In this document: positions 15,544 through 20,000 of the stretch, in pieces | Position numbering within the stretch: position 1 is the stretch's first letter | Layout: each line of letters starts with the position of its first letter | Origin: an uncultured virus (IMG/VR IMGVR_UViG_3300025773_000001) | Lineage: Duplodnaviria; Heunggongvirae; Uroviricota; Caudoviricetes | Virus record (IMG/VR): IMGVR_UViG_3300025773_000001 | Length of the DNA stretch: 20,000 bases | Strand: one strand, 5' to 3' | Notes under the pieces: model-generated | The model's database searches: none | What the model was told of the DNA's origin: nothing | The model's input: only the letters and a program-made list of their open reading frames with translations | Made by a program: the position numbers and the translations under genes

Positions 15544-16218
15544 ATGGCCTTTCTAGTCAAAGACAGGGTTTTAGAGACATGTAGTGCGCCGGGCACAGGC
15601 TCAGTTACGCTCCTTGGTGCTGTCACGGGGTATCAAGCCTTTAGCGCGGCGTTTGGTTCTGTTAACGGCACAACTACATATTACTGTATTGCAGACCAAG
15701 GCGGTGCTAATTGGGAAGTGGGTCTTGGCACTTGGAACACAGGCAATACGTTAAGCCGTACCACAGTACTGTCTTCTAGCAATGCAGGGTCTTTAACTAA
15801 TTTTGCGTCTGGTACACAAAACGTATTTTTAACATACCCGTCTGAAAAAGCTGTCTATATAGACCCAACAACAAGTAACGTATCGCTTGCAACGCTTTCT
15901 ACTACGGGCGATATTACGATGTCTGGAACTGGAGAAATCCAAGTAGCTGCGGGTACGACGGCACAAAGATCAGGCTCTCCTGCAACGGGCATGTTCAGGT
16001 ATAACACAACTCTTGCTCAGTTTGAGGGATACAACGGGACGATCTGGGGCGGTATTGGCGGAGCACAAGCAGGTGGTGCAATTCAAGTCAATAACACTAC
16101 AGCATCAGTTAGCTATACCATCGCAACAGGCACAAACGGTTTTTCAGTCGGCCCAATCACAACAGCATCTGGAGTTAGCGTCACGGTCGCGAGCGGTCAA
16201 CGCTGGGTAGTAGTGTAA
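15544..16218 (+). CDS. Putative tail fibre proximal/adaptor protein
   Basis: KDRVLET, WEVGLGT, LSRTTVLSSSN, the fibre module GTTAQR...GMFRYNTT..FEGYNG..W, and C-terminal GPIT..SGVSVTVASGQRWVVV. Confidence 0.7.
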   Translation: MAFLVKDRVLETCSAPGTGSVTLLGAVTGYQAFSAAFGSVNGTTTYYCIADQGGANWEVGLGTWNTGNTLSRTTVLSSSNAGSLTNFASGTQNVFLTYPSEKAVYIDPTTSNVSLATLSTTGDITMSGTGEIQVAAGTTAQRSGSPATGMFRYNTTLAQFEGYNGTIWGGIGGAQAGGAIQVNNTTASVSYTIATGTNGFSVGPITTASGVSVTVASGQRWVVV

Positions 16219-16232
16219 TATAAAGGATTAAT

Positions 16233-17267
16233 ATGAGTTCAATTGCATCAGGAACAACTACCACTACCGCTTTGGTATATACGGCAGATACAACAGGCAA
16301 TTTGGTATTGCAGACTAACGGCACGACTACTGCGGTAACAATAGGTACAAATCAAGTTGCTACTTTTGCAAGTGGAATAGCTTTAAATGGTGCGACTGCG
16401 GCAGGAGGGGGATCTTCAATAACTTTACCTTCTGGATACGCTTATTCTTGGGCAGGTGGCAATGATTATTTGACTGTTAATACATCAAGCCATTTAATGT
16501 CATTTGTTACAAATGGCACTACCCAATTAAATTTAGACACCTCTGGTAACTTAGGATTAGGAGTTACTCCTACTGCGGTTGCTAGTTATCGTGTATTAGA
16601 TATGAGTGGCGTTTCTGGCGGATATCTATCTTTACAAGTCAGTGGCACAGAAACTGCAAACGTATACGGAAATACAGGCGGGTTATCTTTAACTGCGGTT
16701 GGATCAAAAAATATTGCTTTTTGGAATAATGGTGTAAACACCATGACACTAGATAATAGTGGTAATTTGTTGGTTAACACTCCAAGTCAGTTAAATAGCG
16801 GAAAAGTCTGCATTGTTTTCAATGGTTCAGGCACTAATGGCTTAACCATGCAGACAACTTATGGTTCTACTGGTAGTGTTTATTTAGGTTTTTATAACTC
16901 AGCAAACACTTTGGCTGGTTATATTTCTCAAAACGGAACTACAACAGTTAACTATGTCACATCGTCTGATGCACGTTTAAAGACAAACATTGTTGACGCT
17001 GATTCAGCAAAAGCAAAAATTGAGTCCATCAAGATTCGTAAGTTTGACTGGGTTTCTGGCGAACATCAAGATTTCGGTGTTATTGCACAAGAATTGTTTG
17101 AAGTTGCACCAGAAGCTGTAAGCGTTGCACAGACAGAAGAACAACTTTGGGGTGTTGATTACTCTAAATTGGTTCCATCGCTCATTAAATATGTGCAAGA
17201 ACAACAAGCAATCATTCAAGAACTATCAGCAAAAGTAACAGCTCTAGAAGCAAAGGTAGGAGCATAA
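16233..17267 (+). CDS. Tail fibre protein with C-terminal intramolecular chaperone (Peptidase S74)
   Basis: Fibre repeats LDTSGNLGLG and LDNSGNLLVN. SDARLKTNI autocleavage motif at 16965, GVIAQEL, VDYSKLVP and a coiled-coil end. Confidence 0.85.
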   Translation: MSSIASGTTTTTALVYTADTTGNLVLQTNGTTTAVTIGTNQVATFASGIALNGATAAGGGSSITLPSGYAYSWAGGNDYLTVNTSSHLMSFVTNGTTQLNLDTSGNLGLGVTPTAVASYRVLDMSGVSGGYLSLQVSGTETANVYGNTGGLSLTAVGSKNIAFWNNGVNTMTLDNSGNLLVNTPSQLNSGKVCIVFNGSGTNGLTMQTTYGSTGSVYLGFYNSANTLAGYISQNGTTTVNYVTSSDARLKTNIVDADSAKAKIESIKIRKFDWVSGEHQDFGVIAQELFEVAPEAVSVAQTEEQLWGVDYSKLVPSLIKYVQEQQAIIQELSAKVTALEAKVGA

Positions 17268-17270
17268 CAA

Positions 17271-18488
17271 ATGTCATCAAATCTTATTACCGCAGACAAT
17301 GGTGTTAGTTCTGGCGTTACTGGAATTACGCAATCAGCAGGGAGCGATGGAACCTTACAGCTTCGCACAACTTCTTCGGGCGGCAGTGCAGTAACAGCAC
17401 TTACGCTAAACAACTCCCAACAAGCAACCTTTGCTAATACGATTAACGTACCTAATACATTTGGGTTTAAGAACCGTATTATTAATGGTGCGATGGTTAT
17501 TGATCAAAGAGATGCTGGGGCAAGCATTACTCCTACAACATCTAATACATATTGTGTTGATAGATGGTCAAACTATATTTCACAATCAAGTAAATATTCA
17601 ATTCAACAAAATGCAGGCTCTGTAACACCGCCAGTAGGTTTTAGTAACTATTTGGGTGTAACTTCTTTATCTGCTTATTCTGTTGGAGCAAGTGATTATT
17701 TTCTTCTAATACAAAATATTGAAGGCTATAACATTGCAGATTTAGGGTGGGGGACGGCAAACGCTAAAACAGTTACTTTGTCATTTCAAGTTTATTCTAG
17801 TTTAACTGGCACATTTGGTGGCGCATTAAAAGGTGCGTCAGGAACAGTTTATTCATATCCATTTACCTATTCAATATCATCGGCAAATACTTGGACAACA
17901 ATTTCTATTACCATACTTGGACCAACATCAGGAACTTGGACATCAAATAATACAACTGGTATTCAACTTTCATTGGGATTAGGTGCAGGTTCTTCATATG
18001 CAGGAGCCGCAGGTTCTTGGCAATCTGGAAGTTACTATTCAGCTACTGGCGCAGTCAGCGTAGTCGGCACAAACGGAGCAACCTTCTACATCACAGGCGT
18101 TCAACTAGAAGTAGGAACCCAAGCAACATCTTTTGATTATCGTCCTTATGGTACTGAGTTGGCTTTGTGTCAGAGGTATTATTATAGTTTTTATGCGGGA
18201 GATACCATAGGTTACAGTATTAATACGACTCTAGCTGTTGTAGGAATTCCTTTGCCGTCAACTATGAGAGTTGGCCCATCTTCATTGACAATAACTCCAT
18301 CTAATTTCAATTATTTTAATGGCTCCAATTCATTGACTGTACCTTCTGCAATAGGATTAGATGCTTACACTAATACATATATTGGATTAGTTGTAACAAC
18401 AACTGGTTTAACTGCAGGTCAAGGGGGAAGACTTGCTAGTACAGGATCAACCCCATCATATTCAGTTGGCTTAAGTGCGGAGTTATAA
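17271..18488 (+). CDS. Tail fibre / receptor-binding protein with carbohydrate-binding-like domain
   Basis: FKNRIINGAMVIDQR ... YCVDRW ... ITGVQLEVGTQATSFDYRPYGTELALCQRYY, a common phage fibre beta-sandwich pattern. Confidence 0.78.
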   Translation: MSSNLITADNGVSSGVTGITQSAGSDGTLQLRTTSSGGSAVTALTLNNSQQATFANTINVPNTFGFKNRIINGAMVIDQRDAGASITPTTSNTYCVDRWSNYISQSSKYSIQQNAGSVTPPVGFSNYLGVTSLSAYSVGASDYFLLIQNIEGYNIADLGWGTANAKTVTLSFQVYSSLTGTFGGALKGASGTVYSYPFTYSISSANTWTTISITILGPTSGTWTSNNTTGIQLSLGLGAGSSYAGAAGSWQSGSYYSATGAVSVVGTNGATFYITGVQLEVGTQATSFDYRPYGTELALCQRYYYSFYAGDTIGYSINTTLAVVGIPLPSTMRVGPSSLTITPSNFNYFNGSNSLTVPSAIGLDAYTNTYIGLVVTTTGLTAGQGGRLASTGSTPSYSVGLSAEL

Positions 18489-18698
18489 ATGTACACCCTT
18501 TATCAAAATACAAAAAATCAAACTATGGCTTTATTTACAAATCAAAATGGTTCTGTAACTAGCTTTGGTTTTGATATAAACAACACAGACTACCAACAAT
18601 TCAAAAAAGAATTGGCAAATGGTGTGGAATTAAAAGATGCAGATGGTAATCAAATGACACCTGAGCAAATCACAACATTCTTGGAGACTTTACCATGA
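18489..18698 (+). CDS. Small fibre-associated protein (possible fibre assembly chaperone)
   Basis: Abuts the upstream fibre gene. FDINNTDYQQFKK motif is typical of small genes following such fibres. Confidence 0.65.
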   Translation: MYTLYQNTKNQTMALFTNQNGSVTSFGFDINNTDYQQFKKELANGVELKDADGNQMTPEQITTFLETLP

Positions 18699-20000
18699 CA
18701 ACAGTTATTGGGGGATCAGCCCCATCAATTACGTTTAGTGACTCAACAACACAGTCTACTGCGGCTTTGCCTTTAACGGGCGGATCAGTATCTGCTGATA
18801 TAACTGTACACGGACTAACAGTAGGTTTAGGTGGTGCTAGTGGTGCTGCAAATACAGCTTATGGAGTTAGTGCTATACCTATCGCACCAAACTCAGGCGT
18901 AGTTGCTATTGGAAATAGTGCTGGTAAATTATTTAATACATCCAGCGATACAGGTCAATCTACTTTTGTTGGATATTTTGCTGGTGCTTCTTGTGTTTCA
19001 GGAACAGATAACACTTTTGTTGGCGGTAGTGCAGGAACAAATACAACTGGTTCAAAAAATACTGCTTTAGGAAGTCAGGCGCTTCAATTAAACACTTCAG
19101 CATCTAACAATACAGCAGTAGGTTATCAGTCTCTTTATACCAATACAACTGGCGCACAATTAGCTGCGTTTGGTCATACCGCTTTATATTCAACAACAAC
19201 AGCAACGGCAACTGTAGGGCTTGGTCATCAAGCTGGTTATGGAAATACCACAGGTTCTAATAATACTTTTGTTGGCGATACTGCCGCATATTCAAATTCA
19301 ACAGGCTCTTACAACACGGCAATCGGTTCAAACGCACTTCAAGCCAACACCACAGCATCTAACAATACAGCAGTAGGGTATCAAGCTTTATATACTTTAA
19401 GCACGGGAAATAATACTGCCATTGGTTATGGTGCTCTTTATGGCGTTTCTGGAGGTAGTGGTGGTTCAACAAATGTAGGTGTTGGATATAACGCAGGTTC
19501 AAATATTAACAGTAATGCAAGTTACGTTGTTTGTATTGGTCCTAATACTCAACTCAATAATGGTTCAGATAATACAGAAATAATACTTGGAACAAATCCA
19601 AGTGCAAATGTGACAGGAAAAGGTGGTAATACTTTTTTTGTTTATGCCAATAATTCTGGAACATCTGCTACTGGAGGCTCTTATTACAACGGAGCAAATT
19701 CATCTTCTTGGTCAACAACTTCAGATGGTCGAATTAAAGAAAATATTGTTACGATTGCAGATGGATTAACGCCAATACTTGCACTTCGTCCGGTATCATT
19801 TGATTACATAGTTAGCAAACAAAAAGATGTATCTTTTATCGCTCAAGAATATCAAACAGTATTTCCAGAGCAAGTAGTTACTCATTCAGCCACAAAAGAA
19901 GAAGCGGAAGTAGCTGGAACGGACACTATATTTGGATTGCAAAAGAATCTTGACCCATATTTGGTTAGAGCAATTCAACAATTAAATGCACTTGTTACAG
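18695..20000 (+). CDS. Tail fibre/spike with 17-aa beta-solenoid repeats and C-terminal S74 chaperone (3' truncated; absent from ORF track)
   Basis: ATGA overlap and open to the window end: MTTVIGGSAPSITFSDSTTQSTAA ... NTAVGYQSLYTNTTG repeats ... SDGRIKENI (19721) ... LRPVSFDY ... FIAQEYQTVFPE ... YLVRAIQQL. Confidence 0.88.
   Translation, partial: MTTVIGGSAPSITFSDSTTQSTAALPLTGGSVSADITVHGLTVGLGGASGAANTAYGVSAIPIAPNSGVVAIGNSAGKLFNTSSDTGQSTFVGYFAGASCVSGTDNTFVGGSAGTNTTGSKNTALGSQALQLNTSASNNTAVGYQSLYTNTTGAQLAAFGHTALYSTTTATATVGLGHQAGYGNTTGSNNTFVGDTAAYSNSTGSYNTAIGSNALQANTTASNNTAVGYQALYTLSTGNNTAIGYGALYGVSGGSGGSTNVGVGYNAGSNINSNASYVVCIGPNTQLNNGSDNTEIILGTNPSANVTGKGGNTFFVYANNSGTSATGGSYYNGANSSSWSTTSDGRIKENIVTIADGLTPILALRPVSFDYIVSKQKDVSFIAQEYQTVFPEQVVTHSATKEEAEVAGTDTIFGLQKNLDPYLVRAIQQLNALVT
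19098..19377 (+). repeat. Exact 25-bp direct repeat within fibre repeats
   Basis: CAGCATCTAACAATACAGCAGTAGG at 19098-19122 and 19353-19377, 255 bp apart (5 x 17 codons). Confidence 0.9.

Noticed and set aside
39..17413. Numerous minus-strand ORFs in the track (e.g. 963-1298, 2986-3402, 12676-13170)
   Set aside because: All lie antisense to well-supported, tightly coupled + strand genes, with no recognisable motifs; they are shadow ORFs.
16233..20000. Diversity-generating retroelement or invertible shufflon acting on the fibres
   Set aside because: No reverse transcriptase, recombinase, template/variable repeat pair or inverted cassettes in the window. It cannot be excluded outside the window.
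1..20000. CRISPR array, tRNA genes or alternative genetic code
   Set aside because: No spaced repeats or cloverleafs were seen in the short intergenic gaps; genes read full length in the standard code and use TAA, TAG and TGA as stops.

Overview
The window is a continuous, + strand virion morphogenesis region of a tailed dsDNA phage, probably podovirus-like. The gene content resembles uncultured aquatic Caudoviricetes with a P22-like portal and a Mu gpT-like capsid protein; this comes from family recall, not a database search. Gene order: terminase large subunit (5' truncated), portal, small ORF, GroES-like co-chaperonin, scaffold, conserved ORF, capsid decoration protein, major capsid protein, terminator, free-standing GIY-YIG endonuclease, two structural genes, a cluster of small basic proteins, head-tail connector-like genes, then a tandem array of tail fibre / receptor-binding genes (two with S74 chaperone domains; the last is 3' truncated). 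The most notable unexplained signals are: (1) a hydrophobic-x-x-Gly-Gly motif repeated about 10 times across six small proteins, apparently at module junctions, suggesting a protease-processing or capsid-targeting system; (2) a compact, possibly kissing-loop RNA leader between a sigma70-like promoter and the RBS of gene 8297; (3) a homing endonuclease cassette with an RBS-sequestering hairpin and an apparently recoded 3' end of the adjacent capsid gene; (4) a His/Met-rich triple-repeat peptide. No CRISPR array, tRNA or rRNA was seen.
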